NCBI GenBank assembly: GCA_976551045.1
Contig: CDPCPM010000263.1
Location: 3,906,001 to 3,970,000 of the forward strand
Direction of reading: 5' to 3'
Length of the DNA stretch: 64,000 bases
Source of the DNA: Glaucostegus cemiculus
Lineage: Eukaryota
This document shows positions 26,041 through 38,097 of the stretch, one piece after another. Position 1 is the stretch's first letter. Every line of letters starts with the position of its first letter. Made by a program: the position numbers and the translations under genes. The notes beneath the pieces were generated by a model. It made no database searches and was not told the DNA's origin. It was given only the letters and a program-made list of their open reading frames with translations.

Positions 26041-26459
26041 TAGCAATACATCATAAATCAAAAATTCATTACCGATTAAAAAGTAATAACTGGCCTCACA
26101 TCACCTGCTTTTTACAGCAGAGTTCCAAACAGCTACAACTGTTCCACATGGAAATGTTTGCTAACTTTTAACCCTGAGAAGCTTCAATTTTAAACCCAGT
26201 TCTTCTTGCCCTAACTTCCCTGGAGAGTGGAGATAGTTTTCCCAACTTACCATGACTCACTGCTAGTACTTTGACAATGCTTTTTTTTAAAGAGAGTCCA
26301 AGTTTATGTAATCCCTCTATAATTTAAATCGTCACATCTAGGAATTGTTTTGGTAAATATAAGCTGCAGCAATCCAAGGCAATCTTTTCCTAAAGGGTTT
26401 GGTTCTTTGCCCTATGCAATTTTCGGCAAAGCAGCCCACCTATTTGGTACTCCATTCAC

Positions 26460-26830
26460 AGGCTGAATATTCCTGCCCTCCAGCAGCCCACTGTGGCTGG
26501 AATGCACATCTTCCGCAAAATGCACTTCAGTTACTCATCTAGGCTACTTCAACATCACCTCCCAAACCTGCACTCTCTACGAAGAGCAGCAGGTGCAAGG
26601 AATGGCTACACCTGCAAGTTCCCAAGTTGTAGGTCAGCCTGACTTGGAAATATATCACCATTCCTTCTTTGTTGCTGGATCTAAAGTCCTGGAAATCCCT
26701 ACCCATCCCAAAAGCACTGTGAGAGCAACTTCTTAACAGTCTGAAACAGTTCAGCAGTAGCTCACCAGGTTGTCAAAGGCAATAAATACTGGTCTTAACA
26801 GCACTGCCCACATCCTGAGAAATGAATAAA
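26460..26830 (+). mobile_element. CR1/L2-like LINE 3' tail
   Basis: Shares TTGGAAATATATCACC and GGCAATAAAT(G/A)CTG with 3825-4140; ends AATGAATAAA. Confidence 0.65.
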
Positions 26831-28132
26831 TACAAAACAACAGTGGAAGGACATAACTCAGGAACAGATGCTATTTTCCCTCTTCTTGAATATTTACTGA
26901 TGGTATTTGGTTCCACAACTGTACTTCAAATTGTTTTCTATCTGACAATATTGATAATAAGGAAGAGCACTCCCAAATCCAATTCACATATAAAAGTTGC
27001 AATCTACATATACACTCACAGATGAGGCTGCTAGAGTTTTTGCCTGATTTTTTTTCTCCTTCCTAACTCGAGGAATAATGCCTGATTATTTCTACTTCTT
27101 CACCAGCTGATTCAACAACAGATATCAAAGCTGGTCAAACATGACTAAGGCTAAAGCTAAATTTAATCAGATGGTCACCTTCACCGTCTCCAGCATTTTA
27201 TGTCAAATTGCAGGAGCAAAACACTAGCTAATACCATAAAGAGTGGAAGTGCAAAAATGTGCAGGGATTGTAATGAAATGCAATGCTGGCAGATTTACAC
27301 AAACTATCCACATGCACCTGTGGATATCCTTGTCACAAGGAAAAACTGATCACCAAGCAGCACAATATAGACCGGATTTCTTGGTTGTTTAATCACATCA
27401 GTTGTACACAATACACACAGTGAGAAGTAGTGTTAAATTCTAAGAAAAACTGCATTAAATTAATGAAACTGGAAAGTTGGAAATTAGCACCATCAATGCA
27501 TAAATCTCAACTGAGATTTATTAACTTGTATCAATAAAACAGATCCCTATTGACAAGACCATCACAATTTATATTGATATTTTTTGAAAAGCAACAAAAG
27601 CCATACATTTCAGTAATGATTTTTTTTAGCACTGAGAACAAAGGTGATCTTTTAAAAGCAAAAATGTTGGAATTAACCCGTTTAGAGTGTACGAAATACT
27701 TCAATCATTGCAACAAGTTCTAAGGTCATGGCACATGAAGAAAATTTAAAAACCATATTGCTTGCCATCAACAGATTTAAAACACAGAAGAAATGTTACC
27801 AATATTTTGCATACTTAGAAAAGCACTAAACCAGAATACCAAAATAGTGGATGATCCGCATCACACTTAAAACAAACTAAATAAAACAGTTCAGCTGCGT
27901 AGTGAAATCAAATGCATTTTTGTACAGAATCAAAAGATTTAAAATATACACAACAGGATCAAAAATAGTTGCCGACATAAGAATGGGTACGTGTGGGTAT
28001 GCGTTGGACACAATTTGAAATTATTCTGCCACTTATTAGATGGGGGAGGGTGGAGAAGAGAACTCAGTAATGAATTGAAGCAGTTAATACTTAAAAATAA
28101 CAGATATTTGCTTTTACAAATGGAGAATTTAA

Positions 28133-28700
28133 TGCAAAGTTAATTGTTGGGCTGCAGTTGAGAATACAGTGCAAATGTTGGCCTGGAGTTGAGAGTAAAT
28201 AAATACACTGCAAATGTTGGGCTGCAGTTAAGAGTAAATAAATACACTGCAAATGTTGGCCTGCAGTTGAGAGTAAATAAATACACTGCAAATGTTGGCC
28301 TGCAGTTGAGAGTAAATAAATACACTGCAATTGTTGGGCTGCAGTTGAGAGTAAATACAGAGCAAATGTTGGGCTGCAGTTGAGAGTAAATAAATACAGT
28401 GCAAATGTTGGCCTGCAGTTGAGAGTAAATAAATACAGTGCAAATATTGGCCTGCAGTTGAGAGTACATAAATACAGTGCAAATGTTGGCCTGCAGTTAA
28501 GAGTAAATAAATACAGTGCAAATGTTGGCCTGCAGTTAAGAGTAAATAAATACAGTGCAAATGTTGGCCTGCAGTTTAAAGAAATACACTGCAAATGCTG
28601 GGCTGCAGTTGAGAGCAAATGGGCTGCAGTTTGGAATAAATAAAGGCACTGCAATTGTTGAGACTGCAGTTTAGAGTAAATAAACGCAGTGCATTTGTCG
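28133..28700. repeat. Minisatellite, 39-bp unit, about 13-14 copies, degenerate at the edges
   Basis: Unit GCAAATGTTGGCCTGCAGTTGAGAGTAAATAAATACA(C/G)T repeated head-to-tail (unit starts at 28171, 28210, 28249...). Confidence 0.97.
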
Positions 28701-28977
28701 GGTTTCAACTCGAAATGAATGCCCTGCATTCTCGTGTGTTTTGGTGTGCAGGGAATGGAAGTGTTCTGCTAGGTGGGTGTTGCACTGCCGGGTTGGAGCC
28801 CAGCTGGGTGCCCGCCCGCCCGCCTGGGCCATGGTGCCGCTGCCCGGCCGGGCTTGTCTGCAGCTCAGCCCGGCCGGAGCGGCACACACAACAACAAAAA
28901 AAACCTCCCTCCTCGCCGCCGCCTCCCGCCTCCTCTCCCCCCGCCCCCACCGCCGCGCCCGCCATCCGCGGCCTCAC

Positions 28978-29010
28978 CTGAAATATGAAGGCGCCCCAGG
29001 TCGCCTCCAT
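28978..29010 (-). CDS. VEZF1: VEZF1 coding exon 1 (MEATWGAFIFQ)
   Basis: ATG at 29010 in GAAATGG context; 33 nt ending CAG|GTGAGG; peptide resembles the mammalian VEZF1 N-terminus MEANWTAFLFQ; lies in a CpG island. Confidence 0.93.
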
Positions 29011-29011
29011 T

Positions 29012-29080
29012 TCACCCGCTGAACACGGAGGAGAAGGAGCCACAACAAAGCTGCTGGGAACACGGCGCTGGGGCAAACAT
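29012..29080 (-). other. Upstream ORF in the putative VEZF1 5'UTR (MFAPAPCSQQLCCGSFSSVFSG*)
   Basis: GCGGCC-ATG at 29080, 22 sense codons, TGA at 29014-29012, one nt before the main ATG. Depends on the TSS lying upstream of 29080. Confidence 0.55.
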
Positions 29081-29394
29081 GGCCGCCGCCGCCACTTCCT
29101 GTCACCTCTCACCCCTCCCCCCGCCCCGCCAATCACTCCGACCAGCAATGCAGCATCCTCGGAGGCAATGCACACATGCAGCGGCTGCTGGCTTTGCATG
29201 GCCTCACTGGCCGAAAGCAGGGCAATAAAGAGTTTACATGCAATATTCTAAAACCCTTAGCACAAGTTCAACCACTCGTTTTTGAGGCAACCTGCACAAT
29301 CTTAACCACCACCTCAGTATGGCAACACTATGGACTTCGCATTGCAAGGGACTTTTTTTTTTGGTTTCATTTGTGTTCTTTCTTGTATGATCGT

Positions 29395-29520
29395 TTAAAT
29401 GTACGTTTTTCTTGTGAATGTTGTGTAGCTGATGCCAGGTGCCAGTGATGCTGCTGGAAATAAGCTTTTCATTGCACCTGTGCATGCATGTACTTGTGTA
29501 TATGACTTTAAACTCGACCT
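29395..29520 (+). mobile_element. Short dispersed repeat (probable LINE 3' tail); copies at 10405-10490 and 15740-15815
   Basis: GATGCTGCTG...AAGnTTTTCnTTGnACCTGTGCATnCATGTACTTGTGnATATGAC...TAAACTCGAC found three times. Confidence 0.65.
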
Positions 29521-30864
29521 TCTTGACATTAATAAAATGCAAATCACTAATCAATTTATTAAACTTAGATTAATTTCTATAGTTATCATGATAGGATCCA
29601 AGCCCATGCTTCTGATGGAAATTTCAAGCAACTAACCAACCACTATGTCTTCTCCATATTGGGGGGACCAAGGCTTTAACCTCTCGCTAACATTACATTC
29701 TTGACTGGGACAACTCAGAAATAATCCCACAGCCTCACTCACTCCACATAACTGTTCCTTCCTCATTTCAAATAATTATTCAGTTATTTCTCCAAAGGTG
29801 AGATGTTCTCTGCCTCAATTACTCTTTTAGGACAAGACATTTCAAGGTGGTCCCTTGATGCGAATTCATCACAAGATCACAAGACAAAAGGAGCAGAAGT
29901 AGGCCATTCGGCCCTTCGAGTCTGCTCCACCACTTCACCATGAGCTAAACTATTCTCCTATCATAATCTACTATTTCTCATAAGCCCAGGGCTGCTTCAA
30001 AAACAACTTTGGGGATGGCCAATTAAAATTTCAAAGAGAAGTAGATACAGGCAAATTGATCACAGCTCAAACACCAGGGTATCCAAGATTTAAAAAGTTA
30101 CTGGTAGGGCCAGGCAGAATATTATTCTCCTTTCACATGAAAATAATAGAAACAAATTACCAGAAACAGGTAGTTGAAGGTATTTCAGGTGAAAAGAAAA
30201 AGATAATTTCCATTTCTGATGCTCCAAGTTCTGAATTGCAAAAGTTGTAACAGGCAGAGAACATTTAATCCTCCATATCATATTTTAATTCCTAACTGAA
30301 ATCATTAAAAGCAAACCTCCCCCCCACCCCACAGCTGCATTTTTGTCCATTTCACATGCTTGCCCAAAATCCTGACACATAAGGTAGCCCATCCCTTTAA
30401 ATGGATTTTAGATTCTTTAAATCAGAAGCGTCAATCCTACCCTGTGAACAGACAAGAGCTTCGCAATCAGATGTGAAAACATTGTGATGGTCACATTCAT
30501 TGTCCTTCCACCTGGAGGATTCGCAATAGGACATGGGTGCTCTGTTTTATCTCTCATTTACACATGGCAGAAAATAATAATACACAGGAACCCATTTTGT
30601 CACCCCAGAGTCTCCAAAAGGGTTATTGAGAAAGCAAGTGAGTAACATTGTTCTTGACTGGTACATTATGCAGTTTTTCATAAGAATATAACTCAACTGC
30701 TAAGGACAGCATTTTTGGAATCCCATGTCTGGCTAAGGATATTGTTTGAGTTGCTTACATTTTGTCGGCTAAAACTGCATAGCTTACTAGTACAGTTACA
30801 TTTCCCATTGCTCTTAGCCAGTAAAGACATTTGTAAGTTTTAAGACACTGGCTTGCATTATATA

Positions 30865-31163
30865 CAGGCCATCCCTGGGTTACTAACGCCTGGACACCCC
30901 TACACACAAACAAGCTCCCATAATATAATTAAATTAAAATCTTGGAGGTATATTTATTCCTACAAACAGCAGAACTAGTTTCCCCCCTCTCTCTCCACTT
31001 TTAGTAATCTTTCTCAACAGTCTTCTGTATTTTTGATGCCATTCACTACAATGTGAATGGAGGTGTGGTGATTTGTGATTTATGTATTTTCCAACTTATA
31101 GACAAAACTAAACTTACAGACATCTGTAAACAGGGAACCCATTCATTACCTGGGGTTGGCCTA
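30865..31163. mobile_element. Tc1/mariner (Tigger-like) MITE
   Basis: Imperfect TIRs CAGGCCATCCCTGGGTTA / TTACCTGGGGTTGGCCTA flanked by TA on both sides; about 300 bp, non-coding. Confidence 0.65.
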
Positions 31164-33109
31164 TAAAACAAAATGAGCAGAGTCTGATCTGCAAAGACAT
31201 GGAGAGGTAGACTATTTGCTATTAGACCATGCTGGACACCATGTGATAAAGCTTGGATGGTGATTCGAAATCACATTCTGGAGTAATAACTTGCAGTTAT
31301 AGACCACCTTTAATGTAGAAAATATCTCAATGCTTTCTCTGAAGTACAGAAGGAAAAAGATGACTGCAAAACTATGGAGAAAAAATCAGGAAAGATATCC
31401 AAGAGGTACAATTGAATCTTACCTTTGAAGAGGCAGAGTGTGTATGACAATTCTGCTTTGTAAGACGGAGGCATCTGAAATCTGTCACCAATCACAGGGT
31501 AAAGGAAATGCACTAAAGGCCAAAGTTAGAGAGCTAAAGAATGTGGGTAAAGAAGCAAAGCTAAATAAAATAGGGGGAAGACCATGGCAACATTTTAGAA
31601 TGATGATTTTAAAAGTTGCCATCAATCATGTCAAGACGTTCTTGGCTCAATCATCAGCTCAGATGTGGTCTCTGATTGTCAGTCACATCTTTACCCATCC
31701 TCCAAGCAAATAAACACCAAGAAATAAAATATTTCTGTGGAAAACAGGAACAATGAAACGGGAGCATCATTTTCAGCCTCACTGGCCTATTCGCATCATT
31801 CAATGAGAACATTGCTGATCTGTGTGACCTAGTTTCACATACCTGCATTTTTTCCATAGTCCTTACTGAATATTGGTTTACAAATATCTGCCAGTCTCTC
31901 AGTCATATTTATCAGTGGACCAGGTTGGACTTGCAATGAACCTGACTCACTGTCATCTCGTCAGCTGCTAAACCACTCAGCAGTAAACTCATTTAGATAT
32001 AGAAGGTTGAATGAGCCATCTCTCGCTGTCCAAAAGACCCCCTGCTGAGTGGAGTAGGCTATGAGTGGTAACCATGCCTATTGTAGTGAATACTGAGGCC
32101 CTGCCCCCAATTCCCTGATGGCCTTGTGACCTCTGGCCATCGTCAAAGCCTTTGGAACTGTCCTTAAATGTCTCCAATAATCAAAGACATTTAAAATCAG
32201 TTCAAAGAGTCTAATGTTTAACTAATTACAATTAATTGAAAACAGCCAAAAATCTTAGAAACATAAAGCTATTAAAAATAGGCAAAATAATGAAAAATAA
32301 CTTATTTAGAATCAGAACAATTACAGGATGTCATTTATTCTGTCATGTCAGTGCTGTCCCACTATCAGAGCAACCCACTAGTTCCACTCCTTTCTCTGTA
32401 ACCTTGCAAATTTTTCCACATCATACATTTACCCGATTCTATAATGGAGCCTGCCTCCATCACACAAACAGTGCATTCCAGACTCCAGAAAAATATTGCA
32501 TACAAAATTTCCTCACATTACCCTTAATCCTCCTCCACTTTCTTTTACACCCGTGACCTCAAATCCTTGAGCTTTCCACTGAACCTTTCCACAATTCATT
32601 CTGTCCAGTCCCCTCGTCTTTTCTTTTACTTCCATCAAATCTTCTCTCAACCTCCACTAGAGCAACCGGTTCCAGCCTCCTTAACCAGTTCTTGTAGTCC
32701 CTCACCCCAGGAACTATTCTCATCAATCTTTTCTGTTCTGTCTCTAATGCTTAAGGACAGCGACACCATTCAAGTGAACGGGGTGACTCAGCTTACACCC
32801 ATGTAATGCAGAAGCTGGATGCATTTCTGCTCAGGGCTACATTCCAGGAGATTCTTTGATTATTTTCTATACCTGTGCATGAACTTTTGATACTCTAAAT
32901 TCATACGGGTCCCACTAAGCCTTTGTCCCTTCCCGCTTTTCCCCATTTACTCTAAGTATTCTGGTCAACATTACATTACAAATGTGATGACCTTGTATTA
33001 TTGACATTGAAATCCACTTGGTGCAAGTTTGCAAATTCATTCAATATATTAACATATCCTTGTAATTTTATGTATCTATCAACACTGCTTACAATGATGC
33101 CCGGCACAT

Positions 33110-34010
33110 TAGTCAGGGCACTGAGTATAGGAGCTGGGACATTATGTTGCAGTTGTACAAGACGTTGGTGAGGGCGCACCTGGAATATCGTGTACATTTT
33201 TTGGTTATCGCAATAGGAAAAGCCTCATTAAGATGGAAAGAGGGCAATGAAGATTTACAAGGATGTTGCCAGGACTCAAGAGCCTGAGTGATTGGGAAAG
33301 GTTGGGCAGACTAGGACTTTGCGTGCAGGAGACTGAAGGTGACCTTATAAAGGTAGATAAAATGACCTTATAGAGGGCAAAGACTTAAGGCGAAAGATTT
33401 AAAAGGGACCCGAGGGGCAACTTCTTCACAGGGGGTGGTGCAAATATTGAACAAGCTGCCAGAGGAAGTGGTTGAGGCAGCTATAATAACAACGTTTAAA
33501 AGACAGTTAGACAGGTACATGGACGGGAAAGGTTTAGAGGGATATGGGCCAAAGGCAGGCAATGGAACTAGCTTACATGGGCATCTTGGTCGGTATGGGC
33601 CAAATGGACTAAAGGACTTGTTTCTATGCTGTATGTGGAAGGGTGGGTTAGTAAGTCTGCAGATGACATGAAGGTTGGTGGTGTTGTGAATATTGTAGAA
33701 CGTTGCTGTAGGTTATAACAGGGGGGTGGGCGCAGGGTAGGTGTGGGTATGTTTGGAAAGTATAGGGGGAATGTCACAGGAATTTACACAGAGTGATGGG
33801 AGCATGGAACGCACTGCCGGCAGAGGTTGTGGGAGCAGATACATTAGGGACATTTTAAAGACTCGTAGATAGGCACATGAATGGTAGAGAAACAGAGGGC
33901 TATGTGGGAGGGAAGAGTTAGATACGTAGATCTTAGAGTAGGATAAAATGTCAGCACAACATCGCGGGCCGAAGGGCCTGTACTGTGCTGTAATGTTCTA
34001 TGTTCTGTGT
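33110..34010 (+). mobile_element. Two adjacent CR1-type LINE 3' fragments
   Basis: LYKTLVRAHLEYRV (the CR1 'LYKTLVRPHLEYCVQFW' motif), LNKLPEEVVEAAIITTFKRQLDRYMD; second fragment ends GGGCCGAAGGGCCTGTACTGTGCTGTAATGTTCTATGTTCT. Confidence 0.85.
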
Positions 34011-35774
34011 ATTACTCTATACCTATCCATGTGCCTGTGGTAGACTTGGATATGTGACTTTCCACCATATCACTTAATTTAATCACATCCTGCCAATTTG
34101 ATTACTTGTTCATCACCCCCACTCTGTCTCCTGCCATTCAGCAACTTTCTTAATTGGGTCCTTGATTCACCTTCACTTCCGTAAGCTTTAGCCATCTGAG
34201 GGACTTCATCAATTACTTTCTATATAACTGATATCCACAGATACTTCTGTCAACTGCCTCCATCACCTCATCAGTCATCAGGCACCACCTGTTCTTCACA
34301 GACTTCCCTGATCCTCTGAAAATTTGAGGCATTCAGTTACATCATCCTTAATTATAGATTTTGGTAACTTTCAGAAAGAAATTTTAGGCAACTAATTCCT
34401 TTCTCACATACTTCTGAAATTGTGGAATGTCGTGCAATTTTTCCATCTGAGTGAATATTTCCCAAATCAATAACTCGAAGATCCAAGACCAGTTGGAAAT
34501 GTTGACCAGGTGAAATGTGAATACTTGCTCAGGCAGTGACCACTCATTCTAACCACTAATTTGATTTATTATCATTTTTTTTGGTCAGAGCTCCCTTGGT
34601 CAAAAAGGCAAATTTACATATGGAACTAAAGTGATTTGACAATCATTATCATTATGGTGATAGTAACACAATTTCTGGTAGACGAACAGTGTGGGACTCA
34701 CGTTTTGAGGCTAGAGTAAGTTTTGTAGAAGAGCTTGATTGCTGATTAATATTTTCCTGCAGTGACTGAAAAGATTGCGATTATCTAATTTTAAATCTAA
34801 TTTCAACACAGTCGGACATATCCACCCGCAAAGAACAGATGACCCCTTGTAACTTACAATAGGAATAAAATTACTTCAATTACACACTGCACCCATTCAT
34901 GATTGTCTCTCTATGACCCCATGACTTGCTGAATGATTATCTATAACTGTACAAGAATATTATTTTTGCATTGGAATTAATCATATATGGCCACTAACAA
35001 ATTAATTTTGGCCATTCTTATGGTGAGGCCAAGATCATATAAGTTAGATATTAGAGTTGTTCAGCTATTGACTCTTTCTCAGATGCACAACTGATTGAGA
35101 GTGCAAGACATTAAAGTTTAGCGTTACACAAAGAGTAAATGGCTGGAAACAGGTTTTAAAGAAACAATCTGGACTGCTTAAAACCTAGTAGGAACAATAA
35201 CTGTGAGGAACACTAATCTCTATCAGCATTTCAAAAAAACAAGACGTGCGCAATTGTTGCACAGATTAAGATTCTTCAGCACATTGTGGCAAACATTGTA
35301 ATTTCTGACGTTGTAGTTAAGGCAATGCTGTTTTGAAACAGATTTTAGATGCAATTAAAATTTTGCAATTAAGTAAAATCTGGTACTTTTTTTTTTAAGC
35401 AGTTCTGCTTAACATAATCAACCTTATACTCCAATCCTTGAAGTACTCGTCCACCAGAAGGTGAGTTACAATTGGCATCAGAATGATGACTGACAAATCA
35501 CTCAAGTTCAACATACAAACTTGCCTCATATGCTGGTATGAACAAAGGTATCTGTAACAAACCCACTTCAGTATCCATAAATTCTTCCACATTACTAAAA
35601 GGATAATACTTCTGACCAAGCAGCCTTTCTTGCTGATGTATAAGATGCAGAGAGTCATAGAAGCAGATAGCATGGAAACAGATCCTTTGGCCCACCATGT
35701 TGATGCAAATATCGTCCCCATTTTACATACAACAATTCTATATTTTTTCCCCCATCAGCTCCCCTTCAATCTTC

Positions 35775-35968
35775 TACCATTCATCTATGCTCTACGGGCA
35801 ATCTACAATGTCCAATTAACCTTCTAATACACATGTCTTTGAGATATGGGAGGAAACCAGAGGGCCCAGAGAAAACCAATGTGCTCATAGGGAGAACATG
35901 CAAACTCTGAGTGGAGAGCACTAAGTCAGATTGTACCCGGGTTACCGGTGCTGTACTAGGGCAGCACA
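35775..35968 (-). mobile_element. V-SINE (HE1/DANA-like tRNA-derived SINE), with a second plus-strand head fragment at about 35978-36030
   Basis: Reverse complement reads GAGTTTGCATGTTCTCCCTATG...GGTTTTCTCTGGGCCCTCTGGTTTCCTCCCATATCTCAAAGAC, the V-domain; B-box-like GGTTCAATCC at about 36010. Confidence 0.78.
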
Positions 35969-37917
35969 TTAGCAAGCAAGAGCTGCTGCCTCTCTGCTCC
36001 AGCAGCCCAGGTTCAATCCTGATCTCTGGCTACACTTAACAATACCTTGTGAATGCAACCATCACATGCATTGACTTAACTGACTCAAGAAAACCTTGTG
36101 TTCCTTCATTTCTCTCAACTGATAACCCAAGTGATGGTCCTCAAAAACCTATCTGCACTGTTGTTTTGCTGCAGGTAGAGATTACTGCACTTATCTCGGT
36201 GGAACAAGTCACCTGCTCCATCAGGTCTCTTCCCAAGACACATCTTTACTCACCTTCCCATATAAAAGCATAGCATTCATGCTTTCATTCTTCATAACCA
36301 CTCTGTTAGACTTCTAGCTGGTGGTTCTGGTGTGGCTGTGTGTGAAAGCACTCGGTTCCTTGACACCTCTGGAGTTCACCTGGCCAGTTGTGTTCTTGGG
36401 TAGGGTTGATGCACCCCACAGCTTGAGTGGCTCCAGGATCTCACCACCACAATTCTTCAAAGCATGTAGTCCCTTAACTTAAGGGGTTCAAGTCCAATCA
36501 AAGGCTATGAATGCTGGAATACAGCGCTGAGCCATCATGTTAGATAACTGGACTCATTTTATTCCAATGGCAACCCAAGAGAAAAGGTCCCCTGAATCGG
36601 AAGAGTCCCTCCTGCATTGGTGCTTAATAATAATTTACTTTAGTTCACTGAAAGGGTCTTGAAACATTGCCCTGAAACTGATCAGCTTGCAGCAATGTCA
36701 GTGTATTCTGATGTATTCAATTACAAAGACTACCAGTATATTATTGCTAACTACTCCATGGAGATGGCCAGTAATTTCATTTAATATACCAGACTCACCC
36801 CTTTGCTCTCCGATTTTAGCATATGCATGGAAACCCAACAAGACTCTTCTGCATCTTTGCCCCTTTCATCTAACACAAACAGGAATTACATCCTTACCAT
36901 AAGCTACCTTCTTGAGGAGCCTGCCTCCTGGTGCAATGTGCCCTGCTTGGTGGTAATAAAAACACTGGAGCATCCTGAACTGGCAATCTGAGTCCAAGTA
37001 GGTTCCAGAACTCAATGACATAGTCACTCTTCTGGGTCCTCACCACATTTACTGAATGTGTTTCAGTAGTGTCCAAAGTTGCTGGAATCAAATGTACTTT
37101 CAAAGTTATTACAACACCCACATCTCTGATTTATAGTGCTAATAAACTCACTAGTGTTTTGTTTACCTCAGGCCCAAATAACAGCAGTAATATTGGCTTA
37201 CTCTTTCATATATGGCTAACTGGCTCTATTTACTGTCCTCCCCAGACCTTAACAACACTTCCTCTCAGGAACAATGCCATCTATTCTATCTACAGAGAAA
37301 ACAACTACAGCCTCATTATCCTGCTCACCAGCCCATCCACCAGCTGCCATTGCTGCTACTTCCCCCTCAATCAAACTGTTCCTCCAGCAGCAACATCCCA
37401 TCCTCATCATCAAGGTGTCCATACCCTTTGACATTGCTGTTTAGCAAGGCAATTAAAGATTAGAGCTACTGACCAAACATTTTTTTTTGTTGATGGTGAA
37501 CAGCACTCAATAGTAGTGACTGATTATATCAACGTATCAGAACTCACATGAGGTGGCACGGAGTTCTTAACAGCTATAAAAGCTGTTCCCGCAATACTAA
37601 GTTTCTGATCATGGTTGATGCAGGTTTACTTCCAAAAACAGATAATGGGAGATGCTGAATTCAATTTGATTTCAAATATGCAAGGTCATGCATTGTCTCC
37701 CCCCCCCCCCCCCCATATAGTGCACAAAAATATTTTTCATTATTCTAGAAATGGATCTTTCAAATTGCAATTATTTTCCATTTACGAAAAATGGGCAACA
37801 ATCCCTCAATCTCAGATCTTCCCAGCCTCCAACTAGAAGATTCTAAAGACTGATTGCAGGTTCATAATCATGGAATCTCTAACTTGCCTACACAAGTCTT
37901 ATTAATAGCAGTCTTGT

Positions 37918-38097
37918 CAGAATCAGGTTTATTATCACTGACATGTCATGAAATTTGTTGTTTTGTGGCAGTACAGTGTAAGAAATAAAAGAATGACTAT
38001 GTTACAAAATGAGTAAATAGTGCAAAAGAGGAATAAAGTCGTAGTCTTCATGGACCATTCAGAAATGTGATGGCAGAGGGCAAGAAGCTGTTCCCTG
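37918..38097 (-). mobile_element. Second Rex-Babar-like subfamily 3' end
   Basis: AGAATCAGGTTTATTATCACTGACAT...GAAGCTGTTCC, shared with 56628-56760 and 60940-61160. Confidence 0.72.

Larger units (their letters stand above)
28730..29230. promoter_or_regulatory. CpG island / VEZF1 promoter and exon 1
   Basis: Sharp rise in GC and CpG; GC box CCGCCCCGCC followed by GCCAATCA (about 29121-29135); ETS core CACTTCCTG (about 29093-29101). Confidence 0.85.

Noticed and set aside
28091-28729. Repetitive ORFs on both strands (e.g. 212 aa) and a superficial CRISPR-like periodicity
   Set aside because: The 39-bp (13-codon) tandem unit creates stop-free frames; units are contiguous with no unique spacers, no cas genes, and the DNA is vertebrate.
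28655-29251. Several GC-rich ORFs over the VEZF1 island, including 28705-29199
   Set aside because: Stop-poor CpG-island sequence; only the 33-nt MEATWGAFIFQ segment has homology and a splice donor.
35978-36030. tRNA gene
   Set aside because: Only a B-box-like SINE head fragment; no cloverleaf.
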